Source: Neoconidiobolus thromboides FSU 785 (Eukaryota; Fungi; Entomophthoromycota). Taken from it: a stretch of DNA of 64,000 bases. Location: NCBI GenBank assembly GCA_025603075.1, contig MU626272.1, positions 1-64,000 on the forward strand. The letters are read 5' to 3'. The notes under the pieces are model-generated. The model worked only from the letters and a program-made list of their open reading frames with translations, was not told the DNA's origin and did no database searches. Shown here piece after piece: positions 25,578 to 39,650 of the stretch (its first letter is position 1; each line of letters begins with the position of its first letter). Position numbers and translations under genes: made by a program.

Positions 25578-26550
25578 ATATAATAAGAAGAAACACACTA
25601 TATAAACATTATAATTCATATATTCATTTTAATAACTGTTTATAATAACTATTTATAATAACTGAAAGTTTATGGAATTTTATAATAAAGATGATACATA
25701 ATAAATATTCTAATATTTTAAGAAATAAACCAGTAACTAAGATTTTTTAAATATATATTAAGTGATTTTAAAAATGCAGCAAAAAAAACAAGTTTGTATA
25801 ATACATGTGCTTAGTATACAGTTGAAAAGTTATTTAGAAACAAAATACACAACAATAAAAAATAAAATAAAGGTAAAAAGATCTTTTGATAAAAAACAGA
25901 TACAATTTTTAAAAAGTATATAAGAAATACAGATATAAAATAATAATAAAGATATAAATATCGAAAAATGTTTATATTGTATTAAATATAATAGTAGATT
26001 ATACTATTATCGAGTATTCTATAAATTAAAAAGTTGTAATAATAAGTAAAAACTATTGTTATATTGCTTATATTACGTAGGGATATTAGAGATGAATTTT
26101 AAAATTTTTTCGTTTACTTTAAATAACCTTTTTTAAAATTATTAATAGCTTGTATTTAACGCTATAGTTTGGTAAGTATTTACATTAGCTGCTACAATAA
26201 CCTTTGGCTATATTTAATCGCATTTTACCCTATAGTATATGAATACTGCTAGACTATATTACTTTTTGTTAGATATTTTTTATCTAATAAACCTAAAGTT
26301 AATACACTTAGACTGGATATTATTATTAATGTATTAAAAACTACAATCAATTAAAATTTCAAACATGTTTATTTTAAACTTTATAGTCTATGGAATATAG
26401 CTATATTAAAACGAATTAATTTTAATAGTAAAGTTGATAACGTAAAAAAAAGCAAAAATGTGCACATGGTTAGAAAGCTGCCCGACAGATAGAGTAGTCA
26501 AATTTAATAACTTCTTATCAAACCATTCGAATTTCATTTCTCTTATTTTT

Positions 26551-27866
26551 CTACTTGCGAAACATCTTACTTAGTTTTTCTTTAATATACCAGATAGATC
26601 TGGTAATTCCTGCTGTAAATAAACCTTTTACAGATTGAGTTAATGCTGACTCTTTTACAATATTAGATAGTGCTAAAGTAATTATTTAATAAAAATTGAG
26701 TATAAGCTTTAACCAAATATACCTTGTTCAGTAGCTTTTTTCATATCGGAAGAGCGTTTATATTCGACTAATTTGTTTTAGCTTGGGAATATCGTACTAT
26801 AAATAAAAATTTACCTTCAGTATTCATTGGAGCACGGGTGGCGATAATATATTCATTCTTTAGGACTTTTCTCAATTTTACTGGCAATTTTTTGGCAATT
26901 TTATTTGTCATTTCATCATCATAAACTTGCTAATCAATTTTTTTTAGAACTTTTTGTTCTTTATATTATATAGTCTTACCTCTATTATATCCCCATTTCG
27001 ACTCAAATTAGGAAATGCGTCAATTACTGGGTGGTAAATTTCTTCTAAAAACTGATGTTGAGCTTTGACTATGTTTTGCACTTTTTTAGGATTTTCCCCA
27101 ACTATCATACGAAAGTCACCCATATAGGAGATGCTAACTAATACGGTAAAAAGCTCTTCAATTGTGAATGTTTTTGGTAACATTAATAAGGAAGCTCTTA
27201 AAGCATGAGAGCGATTAATTTGGTTTGCAATTTTAACATGGGGGTCGTCTTTTAGTATCTTTAATGGCTTTTGCATCCTACCTGCAAGATAAAGCGTATC
27301 CCAATGTACCAAATCATTGACTAATTTTTCTATCGATATTACTCCGTACTTTACTTTTAGATTTCCTATTTTACAATAGGGATTGTAATATATCCCTGCT
27401 CCAAAATTATCTTGAACCATTGAAACGAAACCACTACCTAACTTACTCATTCCTGAATAATGATGGCGATTTTTTCTGAAATTCTCAGAGTGCCAATGTG
27501 CGGGATGAGTTACTCCAAATATTAAATCAACTTGTGGTAAGTCCTAAAAAAGCTTTAGAGCTACATTAAGTATTATGCTGTAAATTTACATTTGATGAGT
27601 AACCCAGTTGTTTAAATACACCAGAACCATAACCACAAGCAAACCTTATTGGAGCATCAAAATGAGAAAGTATAGTATCTAGTTCTGAGTTGACTTCAAG
27701 TTTAACATCTTTTTTGGTACTGTTGAATCGAATGAAGCCTACTTTTTGGAACTCATAAGTGGAAGTTAAAATGGGAGTTTTGGTTATTGAGATTAATTTC
27801 TAGTTAATTGTTTAATACAACTACTTATACATATAAATGTTTGTTTACTTTAAAAGCTAAATTCAT
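26551..27866 (-). CDS. TAM41: Mitochondrial phosphatidate cytidylyltransferase Tam41, multi-exon
   Basis: FACGYGSGVFKQ, KYGVISIEKLVNDLVHWDTLYLAGRMQKP, SYMGDFRMIVGENPKKVQNIV and QSVKGLFTAG. Confidence 0.93.
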
Positions 27867-28370
27867 TATTAAAAAAGTGTAAACTATAATTTCAATTTGA
27901 CACTTTTGATCTTTTAATGAATCTAGTAAATTGGGTTAGTCACGTCATTATTGTTATGGGATTATTTTACAATTCTTAAGGGTAATTGATCTAAATTTAG
28001 CTATAATTATGCATGGATTTACTTATTAAGAATAAATGATTACTATTATTAAATTTTAATAGCAACATATTAATAAAATATTTAAATACAGTGTAGTCTG
28101 TACATGGGGACTATTAAGTATTTTATATATTACTATTGATAATAACCTTATATCCGCTGTACTAATAAAAAAGAATTAAACTATTGTTGCTCAAATGATG
28201 TTGCCTTCTATTATTTTAATAACTTTGGTTATTAAGAATAGTTATTTCAGTTACAAATATATATTTTAAGAAAAAAAACCATTTTAAACAAATAGTAGTA
28301 TAGTTTTAATACTATTATTATTTCATTAATCAAACCAAAAAAACTTGCATAGTAACAAAATTTTACTTCT

Positions 28371-29558
28371 TTAATTAGAAGGAGGGATGAGTTCACCTTC
28401 AGGGTAGAAAGAACCAGGTTGGCGAATAATTACACCAGCTAACCAGTGACCAGTGTGAACGCAGCGCTCAACTGAAGCACCTTGTACATACTGGGAAATG
28501 AAACCACCAACAAAAGCATCACCAGCACCATTAGTGTCGTTAATTTCTTTTGGATCAATTTCATTGATAGGAAATTCTTTAACTTGTCCATTTTCAACTA
28601 CAATGGTTGGTTTAGTACCTTGAGTAAACACAACTAATCTAGGTCTTGATTTGTTTTCTTTTGGCAAGTTAGCAATCTTTAAAGCGATTTCTTTAATATC
28701 TTCGGTTTCATAACCGTGGGATTGAGAGTAGGCAAGGGCTTCAGTTTCGTTACCGAAGATGATATCCCAATATGGAGAAACAGCATCCATATTGTCTTTA
28801 AAGAATTGAGATAAAAAGGGGGCAGATAAATTCATAGCATATACCTTATTGTTTTCGTTAGCATGTTTAGCAACCTTGAGGATGGACTCAATAGAAACAG
28901 TTAAAAAGAAACCAGCATTATAAAAAAATTTGGCTTTTTCAACATAAGCCCAGTTTTCAGCTTTTTCCAAATGAGAAACTTTATAGTTATTAGCAGCAGA
29001 TAAGTTAGCTACTAAAGAACGATTGTGACCATTAATAAGAGTAGCACAGGTACCAGTTGGAATGGTTTCATCAATGTAATAATTTGGATGTAAACCATCT
29101 CTTTCAGCTGCTTGCTTTAAAGTTTCGGCAAACTTATCATTTGAAACGCAACCTATGAAGTTAACACTATTTGGAGGTAAAAGACGCTAAAATATTGTAA
29201 ATCTTAAATAAAATAGTGAAAATGATTTAGATTACTTGAGCTCCACGGCATGTGTTTTGAGTAGCTCCACCAGCAATACAATAAGAGCCTTCCATTTCAG
29301 CCACCTCTTTGTAGCTTTAATGAAGTAAATAAACATAAATTAAATGACGAAATAATCTTACAGTGGGGCATGCTTGTCTTCGGCGAGGATGGCGTCGTTA
29401 GCTTTAAGATCATATCTAAGCTTTATTAAAACTAGTTTCATTTATAAATAATAAATGTCTTACTTTGATAAAACATCTTCGCCAACAGTAGCACATATAT
29501 CAAGTAATGGATTACCCATACCTAAAATAACTCCCTCTAAGCTATTGTTTGAGGACAT
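28371..29558 (-). CDS. ADO1: Adenosine kinase, multi-exon
   Basis: ILGMGNPLLDI, AGGATQNT, RSLVANLSAAN, IIFGNETEA and DTNGAGDAFVGGF (PfkB signature). Confidence 0.95.
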
Positions 29559-29803
29559 CTTTCTGATCGTAAATATGTTAAAAAACAATTTGTAACTTTA
29601 ATAATGTTTTGAGTTTTGGTTGCTATTATTCTTGAAGTGTATGGCTTCATTCTCAAGTTTAATTGGCTAGTTAAGTTAGGTTAAGTGTAAGTTTTTAATT
29701 AGCTTTATTAAATTGTTAAGTTTCTTTAGAAAATTCCCATAATTTAATTTGAAATTACTAAACATCAGATAAGAGCAGTGGAACGAAAAATCAATTCCTA
29801 ATT

Positions 29804-30970
29804 ATGTCAACAGATAGATTAGTAATAGGTCTTGTTAAAGCATTAAGGATAATAACTTTCAATGAAACTAGATTAGCACCCAAAAGTTTGCCTTTATTAA
29901 ACAAATGGAATAGAAGTCAAAGTACGATAGCCCAAAAGCTTCTTGAAGGAAAAGAAAATAGTATATTACACGATGTGAAGCTAGATATTGATGTAAAGGG
30001 ATTGCAATATAATTTGGTTTTGTTCAATTCTGAATCTGCGTGGTATTATTTTGAAAAAATCAAACAGAATAACAAATTACACTTAGTTACTGAAGAGAAC
30101 TTATCCGAGCTATTAAAAAGTATAAAATTCCCTGACTTTGGTCGAGCAGATGGGGTAAAAGTTCAACAAAGGATAGGGATATTATTAGAGACAATTTATT
30201 CTTTAAATTTTAAGTTAAATGAATCAGATTATCGACATTTGATAGCGATTTATGGGTTTTTGAAATTAGAAAAAGAAGTGGCTAGTTTATGGCAACAGTT
30301 AAATGATTCGGTTGTAATCCCTAGTATCTATTCCTATACTTCTTTATCTTATGCTTATTTAGAACTAAACAAACCAGACAAAGTATTTGAAATTTATGGA
30401 CAACTTCAAGCGAGTGACATTTGGCCAAATGGACAGTTTTATTTATTATTGATGAAAGCTTACAGTCAATTAAAAAATGGAGAAAAGGTGATTGAAACTT
30501 TTAATACCTATTTAGCGCTATATGAAAGCGAAGATATACAAAAAGGTGATAAGGTATCATCTCAAGCTTATAGGAAGTTTTTTTCGTGTATTGAGAAATG
30601 CAATGCTGGCTATTCAGAGGAAATGCAAAGGTATTTTAATTTAATGGTGCAAAGTGGTATTACCCCTTTAGAAATTCATTTTAAAATTATCATGGGGTAC
30701 CATTTAGATCAGGGTAACCTTTTAGAAGGAATAAACTGGTTTGATAAAATGACTGAGTTTGAAATTGAGCCTAGGATGGGGAACTATATTCGTCATTTAA
30801 TAGCACATAGAAGAACACCGTTTATTGAGTTATTTTGTAAAAACCTTAGTCAAGCTCAATTAAGTTCTATTTTGAATCATTTAAATGATCGATTAGGTTT
30901 TGCGCAAGAGGTTAGGGAGCAAAAAAAAATAGAAAAAGTAATTAAAAGAGTGATTAAATTTTTAGAATAA
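29804..30970 (+). CDS. Pentatricopeptide-repeat-like protein, probably mitochondrial, intronless, 388 aa
   Basis: About 35-aa helical repeats (SYTSLSYAYLELNKPDKVFEIYGQLQASDIWPN; YFNLMVQSGITP; WFDKMTEFEIEP). Confidence 0.75.
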   Translation: MSTDRLVIGLVKALRIITFNETRLAPKSLPLLNKWNRSQSTIAQKLLEGKENSILHDVKLDIDVKGLQYNLVLFNSESAWYYFEKIKQNNKLHLVTEENLSELLKSIKFPDFGRADGVKVQQRIGILLETIYSLNFKLNESDYRHLIAIYGFLKLEKEVASLWQQLNDSVVIPSIYSYTSLSYAYLELNKPDKVFEIYGQLQASDIWPNGQFYLLLMKAYSQLKNGEKVIETFNTYLALYESEDIQKGDKVSSQAYRKFFSCIEKCNAGYSEEMQRYFNLMVQSGITPLEIHFKIIMGYHLDQGNLLEGINWFDKMTEFEIEPRMGNYIRHLIAHRRTPFIELFCKNLSQAQLSSILNHLNDRLGFAQEVREQKKIEKVIKRVIKFLE

Positions 30971-31294
30971 AGATTTAAAAGTAGTATAGCTCTTGCTCAA
31001 TTTAAAGTTATTAGCTCTTGTTTCGAGATACTACATATTAATAGTAATAAAAAACCTTTTGATCATTCATTTGTTTACTTTTATTCCTTCTTGAATTTAA
31101 TTTATAACATAGTGTCACATATAGAGTGATGAATTATTGCTTGATATTAATATTGTTGTTTTGCTTTTAACTTACTATAGTTCATACTTTGTTCATTACT
31201 TTTAAACACTAGGCTAACTTGCGCCAATTAAAGCTCGAAACTCCAACTCAAAACTCAAAATATCTTTTTTTTAAATTTAAATTTTTTTTACAAA

Positions 31295-31857
31295 ATGTCA
31301 GCTATTGCTAAACAGTTAGAACTTGAGTCTCAAAACTTCCAATCTTTACAAAAAGGTAGTAACTAAATCATCGCTCCAAGCCGACTTATTTAATAAATAT
31401 TATAGAATTCAATCAAGCTTTAGACTCAAGAACTAAACTAGAGTCACAACTTAGAGAAAATAAAGCTGTAGAAGAAGTAATATCTTTATGTAAAAAAATA
31501 ATTGAGTACTAAATAAGATACTAGGAATTTAAACATTTAGAAGATGATGCGGATATTTTCAAATTAATAGGCCCAGTTTTGGTTAAGCAAGAAAAAAACG
31601 AAGCCAAAAGCAATGTTGATAAAAGAATTCAGTTCATTCAAAGAGAAATGTAAGTTTAAAGTCTTCATTGTATTGTTTTTATAGTAATTTTAATATAGAG
31701 AAAGGATCGAGGATCAGATTAAAGATTTAACTTCCAAACAGGATAAAAAAAGAGAAGAGGTGAATTTAACATTATCACTTGTTATTTTAATTTTTATCTT
31801 AATTTTTAGATTATAAAACTACAAACTAGTTATCAAGCTGAACAAACTAAAGCTTAG
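31295..31857 (+). CDS. PFDN6: Prefoldin subunit 6 (beta type), 5 exons
   Basis: Spliced RTKLESQLRENKAVEEEFKHLEDDADIFKLIGPVLVKQEKNEAKSNVDKRIQFI. Confidence 0.92.
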
Positions 31858-32238
31858 GTTTAATTAGATTAATAAATTACTTTACAATTATATTTGTTTC
31901 AATGGATTGAGCGTTTCAGTTTTAAGTTACTAAGTTGATTAAGATAATTTACAGAATCGAAATAGATGTTAACCTAATGATATTTTTTTATAAAATAAAT
32001 GAGGTATTTTACATTTATTTCGGATTGCTTGCATTAGTTTTACATTTTCATATATACCAAAGCTACCAAATACAAAACAAACAAAACCAATGTTTCTTAA
32101 GTTCAAAGTTAATAAAAGGAAATGTTATATTAGATAATGCCTGTCCCTCATTTGTTCAAATTTTATTAATTTCATTTGTTCTTGACAAAAACTTTGGTTA
32201 TCCATAAACAGTTCTGTTTTAGCTTATTGCCATAAAAA

Positions 32239-32710
32239 TCATTTCATGTTCGTAGTTAAAATACTCTTTTTACCACGACGATGGAAGGTCATAAATGAAG
32301 GGGCGTTATCCACTTGTTCGATTTTACTATAAAATAACAATAAGTTAAAGTTTGAAATAGGTTTAGCTTTTTACATTTGTGGAGCATAATAGCTGAGTAT
32401 AATAGGTTTTAATGGAAGTGACAAATAACATAAACTTATCATACATAGCAATAAGCCTATCAAAGACTCTAATATAATCTATAAAATTAATAAAAATTGA
32501 TAGTAATCATGATATAAGTTACATCTGTAGGTAAGCTAGCCTCTACCTTTGAGGTTGCTTTCAAATAAGTTAAATCTACGGAATCATTAATAGTGAAAAT
32601 AAGCTAGAAAAAAGTCTCTTACGTTGTATGGAGGAGTACAATGAATGTATGATTCCTATTAATCCTAGAACTAAAAACACTTTCCCTTGGTAGCCTAATG
32701 ATTCTCTCAT
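32239..32710 (-). CDS. EMC5: ER membrane complex subunit 5 / MMgT family, multi-exon
   Basis: LGLIGIIHSLYSSIQ..., IILESLIGLL and C-terminal DNAPSFMTFHRRGK. Confidence 0.75.
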
Positions 32711-33506
32711 GATAGTAAATTTTATATTGATTGGATTTTGATTATTTATAAAAATGAACCACGTTCTACAATTCAAAATTGCAAATGTTTTGGGCAGAAC
32801 AAAATTACTAATTTTTTTAAAAAAACAAGTAACAATAGATCAAGAAGATACAAAAAAAGAGCAAACGCTCTCATTAATTAGCAAAGTATGCTATTCTACA
32901 TTATTTTTTCGTTAATTTTACATCTATATAGCTTCTTTTTAACTTGGTATATTGCTGATGACTTCCTAGTATTTAGGAGTATTCCCATATCATTATCAAA
33001 CACCAAAATGCATTTTATTGGCTTAAAATAAACAAATATTTCAATAGAGACTTTGGGGCTTGACTGGATATTATTGGTTGATTTAATATTGAGTTTCTTT
33101 TCAATTTCAAAATTGAACTCTATTTTTTCAAGCTTTACTAATTGACCTATAATTTTAATGTATATTAAATGTTATTGGCAAAAGTTAAATATACCAAGAC
33201 TCTATTTGAAAGTTTTATTTTTATTGTAACGCGTTCAAAATGATACTACGTCATAACTGGTAAAAACATTAAATAAGTTGCTAATTCTTTCCAGTTATAG
33301 AAGTTTTGAATCAAGGATGAGTGAAGAAAGCTTTTAAATTTTCAAAAAAAGTTTTAATATAAAGCTCCCATAGGAAAATGTTTTAAATAGATGATTGGAT
33401 TATGATGATATTCTAATTGAAATTAATAAGACAAAGATATAAAAGAAGCTTCATAAGAAAATTTGAATTTTTTTTATTTACTTTATAATTTTACAAATTT
33501 GATAAA

Positions 33507-33783
33507 ATGGCTAAAGCAACCAAAGCTACTCGTTGTAAGTATTAGAATTAAAAACTAGTTTCATTGGCTACTTCTATTTCAATATAATTTTTTTTGCTTT
33601 AACAAGACTAATAGTATAATTATAGCATCCGGACCAAAGAAACTATCTCCTTATAACAAATTCATGAAGGACCAACTTCCAAAGTACAAGGCTAACAACC
33701 CAGGCAAAAACCACAAAGACGCCTTTAAGGCTGTTGCTCAGCTCTGGAAAGACTCTCCTGAAAACCCAAAAAACAAAGCCTAA
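33507..33783 (+). CDS. 61-aa YABBY/HMG-box-like mini-protein, 2 exons
   Basis: MAKATKATRSSGPKKLSPYNKFMKDQLPKYKANNPGKNHKDAFKAVAQLWKDSPENPKNKA; intron 33535-33625 with GT-AG ends. Confidence 0.85.
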
Positions 33784-35789
33784 ATTTTACTCAAGGATAG
33801 CTAGAATCAAGAGCTTAAATTTTATTCATTCTTAGCTGTGTGTATAATAAAGTTTAACTTATAATCTCAAGTTTATGTTTAATAATAATTTTATAACATC
33901 ATAACGAGTAAAGTGTGGGATGCAAGTGTAAGTATAAAGACAAAGATAAGAATAGTGGTTTAAGTAGGTTATGTTTTATTATATTAACAAAACAGACCTT
34001 TTCCTATCTGCCCTCAAAATAAAATAGGTTAAAAAGCAGTTTAAATTGATACAAGTAACAAGTAAAGGATGGTTAAAAAGATTGCATTGAAGTCAAGCTA
34101 TAAAACCAAATTTAGTATCACTTACATGCGTTTTTGAAAAATAGCAAATAAAAGTTGAAGGTATGAAATATTTTTACAAAAGATTTTCACTTAATATTTA
34201 ATTAAAACAGTTAGAATTTTAATTATAAATAAATTGCCCTCATTATTTCAAAACTGTTTTTAAATTAACCTTATTAAAATAATATATCAAATAAAAACAT
34301 TTTTATAAAAAATAAATGATTGCATAATTTATTAATATAGTGAAATAAAGTACTGTTTAAATCATTATAATATATTTTACTATTAACTTATTCGTTTACA
34401 GTTTTAATATATTGTTGAGTCAACAAAATAAACTATATTCTAATTGGGGTTTCTTTATTAAATTCAGCACCCACCGTCACACTTTTGGTTCTTTTCAATA
34501 TACTTATTGACCCTTTTAGCATAAACTATTATAGTTTATTAAATACTTATCGGTTCAAGGGTACTGGTCAACCTCTCCTCCTTTAAGACCTCCCTTTTTT
34601 ATCGATTTTGACTATCCTTGTAGTTTCTGTAGTATTTTTTATCCAAGGATTGTATCTCTGAATGATCTTTTTAGATGGGAGTAGATCTTAATAAAACTTT
34701 TTTATAGGTCTTTTCTTGCCCCTTCAGAAGAAATTTTTTTCAGTTTAGTGCTTAAATTGCGCCCTTCTTTACAAGAATTAGTTTCACTTTAAATTTATTC
34801 TATTTTAATTTTTACTAAAAAAAGAGTTGTCAGTACAAGACAACCTTAGGCTAAAAAAACAACTTCCATGTTTTATCTCTTTTAGTAGTATTCTGTTTCA
34901 AATATGATCCCTCTATATATAAATAAGATAAATTATTTTATATATAGCTGGTTTATGTTATTCTAATTTTTTATAAATACTTTTTATAAATATAACTTAT
35001 TGCTAGCTATAAAGTCATATAATTATACTTCTATGTAATATCCTGATTAGATCCTATGACTTAATATGAATAAATTTCAAGGTACAAAAAGCCTAAATAT
35101 AGGACCATATATCAAGTTTAACTAAAGGATAGTTTTACAAACAAGTTTTAAATAAAAGTTAACATTAATAGATAGTCCTTTATAGTATCTATCTAAAATA
35201 CAAATGTTAAGGAAAAAGTAAAAACTCAGCTTTATGATATTTTACATTTTCAGAATATTATGTTACCATTATATTTTTGATTAGGAGAACGTTGCTTTTA
35301 ATCTAAAAGCTATGTCGTATTCATTTGTAATCATATACAGTGGTATCCCCATTGATTAATTTATGAAGTACAGTAGTAGTATTAAAGCTTTAAGCTTTTT
35401 GCTTCTATTATAGCTCAGTTATTTTTTTATATTGAGATACTGCCTCACAGTAGAGGTTATATGAAGAAAGAGGATATTAAGGAGACTTAGGGATTCTAAT
35501 ATAAGATAAAGCTAAAAAGATAGTTATGATTAAAGTGTCATTGTGAAAAAAAGTCAGATATAAAAAACTAAAATTAAACGTTGGTAAAGGGTTAGTTTTT
35601 AATAGCTTTTAAGCATAAAAGACCATTATATGATTTGAATATCACAGTTCTTTTTAAACATTGCTAATTTTGAACCTTTAATTCTTTGCTTGGATTTCAA
35701 TCAAATTCTAACTTTGATAGGACAATAAACTTATTAAATTCTAAGCAATTTAATTAAAGAGTTAAATTATTTCTTTTTTTCAAATTTAA

Positions 35790-38700
35790 ATGGACGAAGA
35801 GATACGCCAATTAGAACATCTTTCACTTGTGACAAAGGTCACAACCGAGTTGAACAATCATATGGAGATAAACGATAGGAAAGTAGCAGAGTATATAATT
35901 CATATTCATGACCAATGTAAAACTTTGAAGGAGTTTAAAGAGAAACTTTCAGATTTACCACACCCTTTCCTTGAAAATTTGGATAGAATCATATTGACAA
36001 TGAAACCAAAAGCAAGTAGTAGCAATCCATCTGTCACCGCCTCATCGACAACTGGACCTTTGACGAACGATAAAGATGGTGAAAATGATTCTGATTTTAA
36101 TTATGAACTGGATAGAAAGACTAGGATTTTTCCAGGATTAGCTGTACCTGATAAACCAATTACAGATTTAAATGCACTTCCTGACAATAAGCCTTCACTT
36201 GATTTTGAGGATGACTTTTCAGAACTTGAAAATTTAGCACAAAACTACAAAACTTCGAGTACCGAAATTAAAGAATCCGTAAAAGAAAACAGAAGAGTAG
36301 ATGAAGAAGAAAGGGGTGGCACTGATAATCAATATTTGAGAGGAAGAGATAGAGAAAGATATGATGATAGGGATAGGAGAACTAAATATGATGATCGGAA
36401 TAGAAGAGACAGATATCATGAAAGATCACGTTCCAGATCGCCACGTAACTCGCGAAAATATAATAGTAGGGATAGTAGAGCATACAAGCGTGAAGACAGA
36501 CCTATCCTTGATGAAGAACCTATCCTTAATAAAGTTTACGAAGGTATAATTACTAACATAAAGGATTTTGGGGCTTTTGTTTCTATACGAGGGATCAAAA
36601 AAAGAACAGAAGGATTGATACATGTAAGTGCAATTCAGAGCTATGGGAGAATAAACCACCCTTCAGATCTGCTTAGCCGGGATCAAAAAGTCAAAGTTAA
36701 AATAGTGTCTATTTCAGGGAATAGGATTGGATGCTCTATGAAAGATATTGACCAAACTACTGGTGCTGATCTCGCAGCCTCAACCAAAGTCAATACTGAA
36801 AATAGATATGAGTCTGTTCAGAGAAAAAGAGAAATTTTGGATTCACTCTCATCTAATAAAATGCCAGTTATTGATGATACACAGGATCGTCAAGTCGGTG
36901 TTAAACGTTTAACTTCACCAGAAAGATTCGAAATCAAGCAATTGATAGCTGCAGGCGTAATGGATCCTTCTGAGCTTCCTAACTATGACGAAGAAAACGG
37001 TGTTTTGGAAGATGCTGAAGTAGAAGAAGAAGTAGATATAGAAATTAAAGATGAAGAGCCTGCTTTTCTTAAAGGACAAACTAAGATTTCTCTTGATCTT
37101 AGTCCTATTAAAGTCATCAAAGCACCTGATGGATCCCTTAATCGTGCAGCTATGGCTGGAACTACACTAGCTAAAGAAAGAAGAGAAATTAAGCAGCAGC
37201 AGACTAATGCCGAATTAGGATCGATGGCCAAAGATGTTAACTCGGCTTGGGCTGATCCTATGGCGCAACCTAATCAAAAGATTTTTGCGCAAGATCTCAA
37301 AGGAACTGTTAATAGTTTAAAAGCAAACGAGATGTCGGAATGGAAGAAATATACGCAAGGAAAAGCTACCACTTATGGTAAAATCACTAACCTTTCGATT
37401 CAAGAACAACGTAGAAGCTTACCAGTTTTTCAATTGAGGGACAATTTAATTCAAGCTATCGAAGAGAATCAAATTCTTATTGTAGTGGGAGATACTGGGT
37501 CAGGTAAAACTACTCAAATGACGCAGTATCTCTATGAAGAAGGGTTTGGTAGAAGAGGAATCATCGGGTGTACACAACCTCGTCGTGTTGCTGCGATGTC
37601 TGTCGCAAAACGTGTTTCTGAAGAAATTGGATGTAGACTAGGTACCGAAGTAGGATATACTATTCGTTTTGAGGATTGTACTTCTCCGGAAACTTCAATA
37701 AAATACATGACTGATGGTCTATTATTAAGAGAATGTTTAATGGATCCACTTTTGAGTAATTACTCTGTTATCATCCTTGACGAAGCACATGAACGTGGTA
37801 TTAATACAGACGTTTTATTTGGTTTACTTAAAAAAGCAGCACTTAAACGCTCAGACCTTAAACTGATTATTACATCGGCCACTTTAGATGCTGAAAAGTT
37901 CTCTACTTATTTTTTTAAATGTCCTATTTTCACAATTCCGGGAAGAACATTTGATGTTGAAATTCTTTACACAAAAGAGCCGGAATCGGATTACCTTGAT
38001 GCATCTCTTGTTACTGTTATGCAAATCCATCTTTCTGAACCACCAGGCGATATCTTGCTTTTCTTAACTGGTAAAGAAGAGATTGATACAGCAGCTGAGG
38101 TTCTCTTTGAAAGATTGAAAGCTTTAGGGTCTTCAGTTCCAGAACTTATTATTCTACCAGTTTATAGTGCATTACCAAGTGAAATGCAATCCCGTATTTT
38201 TGACCCTGCACCACCTGGAAGTCGTAAAGTGGTTATTGCAACAAACATTGCAGAAACATCTATCACTATTGATGGTATTTATTATGTTGTCGACCCAGGG
38301 TTTGTTAAACAGAATGCCTATGATCCGAAGCTTGGTATGGATTCTTTAATTGTTACACCTATTTCTCAAGCTCAAGCACGCCAAAGATCAGGACGTGCTG
38401 GGAGAACTGGGCCAGGCAAGGCCTATCGCCTTTATACTGAGTCGGCATTTAGAAACGAAATGCTTCCTACTAGCGTGCCTGAAATACAACGTACAAATTT
38501 AGCTAATACTGTTTTAACTTTAAAAGCTATGGGTATAAATGATCTTCTTCATTTTGATTTTATGGATCCTCCACCAGTACAAACTTTAATTACGGCTTTA
38601 GAGCAGTTGTATGCCTTAGGGGCTTTAGATAATGAAGGCCTTTTAACTAGACTTGGTAGGAAAATGGCAGAGTTTCCATTGGAGCCACCGCTATGTAAAA

Positions 38701-39407
38701 TGCTTATCTTATCTGTTGATTTAGGGTGTAGTGAAGAGATCCTTACTATTGTTGCAATGCTAAATGTACAAACAGTATTTTATCGTCCTAAAGAAAAACA
38801 AACTCAGGCGGATTCTAAAAAAGCGAAATTTCATCAACCTGAAGGAGATCATCTTACTTTGCTAACCGTTTTTAACGCATGGATGAATCATAAACGTTCT
38901 GCACCATGGTGTGCTGAAAACTTTATACAACATCGTAGTATGAATCGAGCACTTGACGTTAAAAAGCAATTGGTTGGTATTATGGATCGTTATAAACAAG
39001 ACATTGTATCGTGTGGTAGAAACTTAAATAGGGTAAGAAGAGCAATATGTGGAGGTTTTTTTAGACATGCAGCTAAAAAAGATCCACAAGAGGGATATAA
39101 AACACTTGTAGAAGGCACCCCGGTTTACATCCATCCTAGTTCAGCATTGTTTAATAAGAATCCAGAATGGGTTATCTACCATGAATTGTTACTAACCACT
39201 AAAGAGTATATGCGAGAAGTTACAGCTATTGAACCTAAATGGTTGGTGGAAGCAGCCCCTACCTTTTTCAAGATTGCGGATGCGCACACTTTGTCTAAAC
39301 GTAAACGTCAAGAAAAGATTGAGCCATTGTTCAACAAGTATGAGAATCCTAATGAATGGCGTCTTTCTAGGATTAAAACAGCCACTAGAGCTTCTCAAAC
39401 TTTTTAG
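35790..39407 (+). CDS. PRP22: Pre-mRNA splicing DEAH helicase Prp22/DHX8, intronless, 1205 aa
   Basis: RS-rich region, S1 domain, [31 protein letters not shown] and the HA2/OB C-terminus. Confidence 0.97.
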   Translation: MDEEIRQLEHLSLVTKVTTELNNHMEINDRKVAEYIIHIHDQCKTLKEFKEKLSDLPHPFLENLDRIILTMKPKASSSNPSVTASSTTGPLTNDKDGENDSDFNYELDRKTRIFPGLAVPDKPITDLNALPDNKPSLDFEDDFSELENLAQNYKTSSTEIKESVKENRRVDEEERGGTDNQYLRGRDRERYDDRDRRTKYDDRNRRDRYHERSRSRSPRNSRKYNSRDSRAYKREDRPILDEEPILNKVYEGIITNIKDFGAFVSIRGIKKRTEGLIHVSAIQSYGRINHPSDLLSRDQKVKVKIVSISGNRIGCSMKDIDQTTGADLAASTKVNTENRYESVQRKREILDSLSSNKMPVIDDTQDRQVGVKRLTSPERFEIKQLIAAGVMDPSELPNYDEENGVLEDAEVEEEVDIEIKDEEPAFLKGQTKISLDLSPIKVIKAPDGSLNRAAMAGTTLAKERREIKQQQTNAELGSMAKDVNSAWADPMAQPNQKIFAQDLKGTVNSLKANEMSEWKKYTQGKATTYGKITNLSIQEQRRSLPVFQLRDNLIQAIEENQILIVVGDTGSGKTTQMTQYLYEEGFGRRGIIGCTQPRRVAAMSVAKRVSEEIGCRLGTEVGYTIRFEDCTSPETSIKYMTDGLLLRECLMDPLLSNYSVIILDEAHERGINTDVLFGLLKKAALKRSDLKLIITSATLDAEKFSTYFFKCPIFTIPGRTFDVEILYTKEPESDYLDASLVTVMQIHLSEPPGDILLFLTGKEEIDTAAEVLFERLKALGSSVPELIILPVYSALPSEMQSRIFDPAPPGSRKVVIATNIAETSITIDGIYYVVDPGFVKQNAYDPKLGMDSLIVTPISQAQARQRSGRAGRTGPGKAYRLYTESAFRNEMLPTSVPEIQRTNLANTVLTLKAMGINDLLHFDFMDPPPVQTLITALEQLYALGALDNEGLLTRLGRKMAEFPLEPPLCKMLILSVDLGCSEEILTIVAMLNVQTVFYRPKEKQTQADSKKAKFHQPEGDHLTLLTVFNAWMNHKRSAPWCAENFIQHRSMNRALDVKKQLVGIMDRYKQDIVSCGRNLNRVRRAICGGFFRHAAKKDPQEGYKTLVEGTPVYIHPSSALFNKNPEWVIYHELLLTTKEYMREVTAIEPKWLVEAAPTFFKIADAHTLSKRKRQEKIEPLFNKYENPNEWRLSRIKTATRASQTF

Positions 39408-39650
39408 AGGACTAGTAATTTTAAATACAGCATTTATTTTTAATAAAGATAAGTTATAAATCCAATTTTAATCCTTTAATAAATATTTTATGATCAAAAA
39501 ATAAATTTGAAAAAGAAATAGAAATGCATTAATTTTAATTTAAAGTTTATAAACTTACGAATCTAGAACTACAGGAAAAGCAGCTAAAGTGAGGGGCAGA
39601 GTAATAAACATAAAAGGAAAAGGGACAGAATCAAATACAATATCTAAACT

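Noticed and set aside
36234-39459. Short antisense and alternative-frame ORFs over PRP22 (likewise over SNF2, DPP5, RNase H and the Cyk3-like gene)
   Set aside because: They are shadows of well-supported genes, low in complexity and without motifs.
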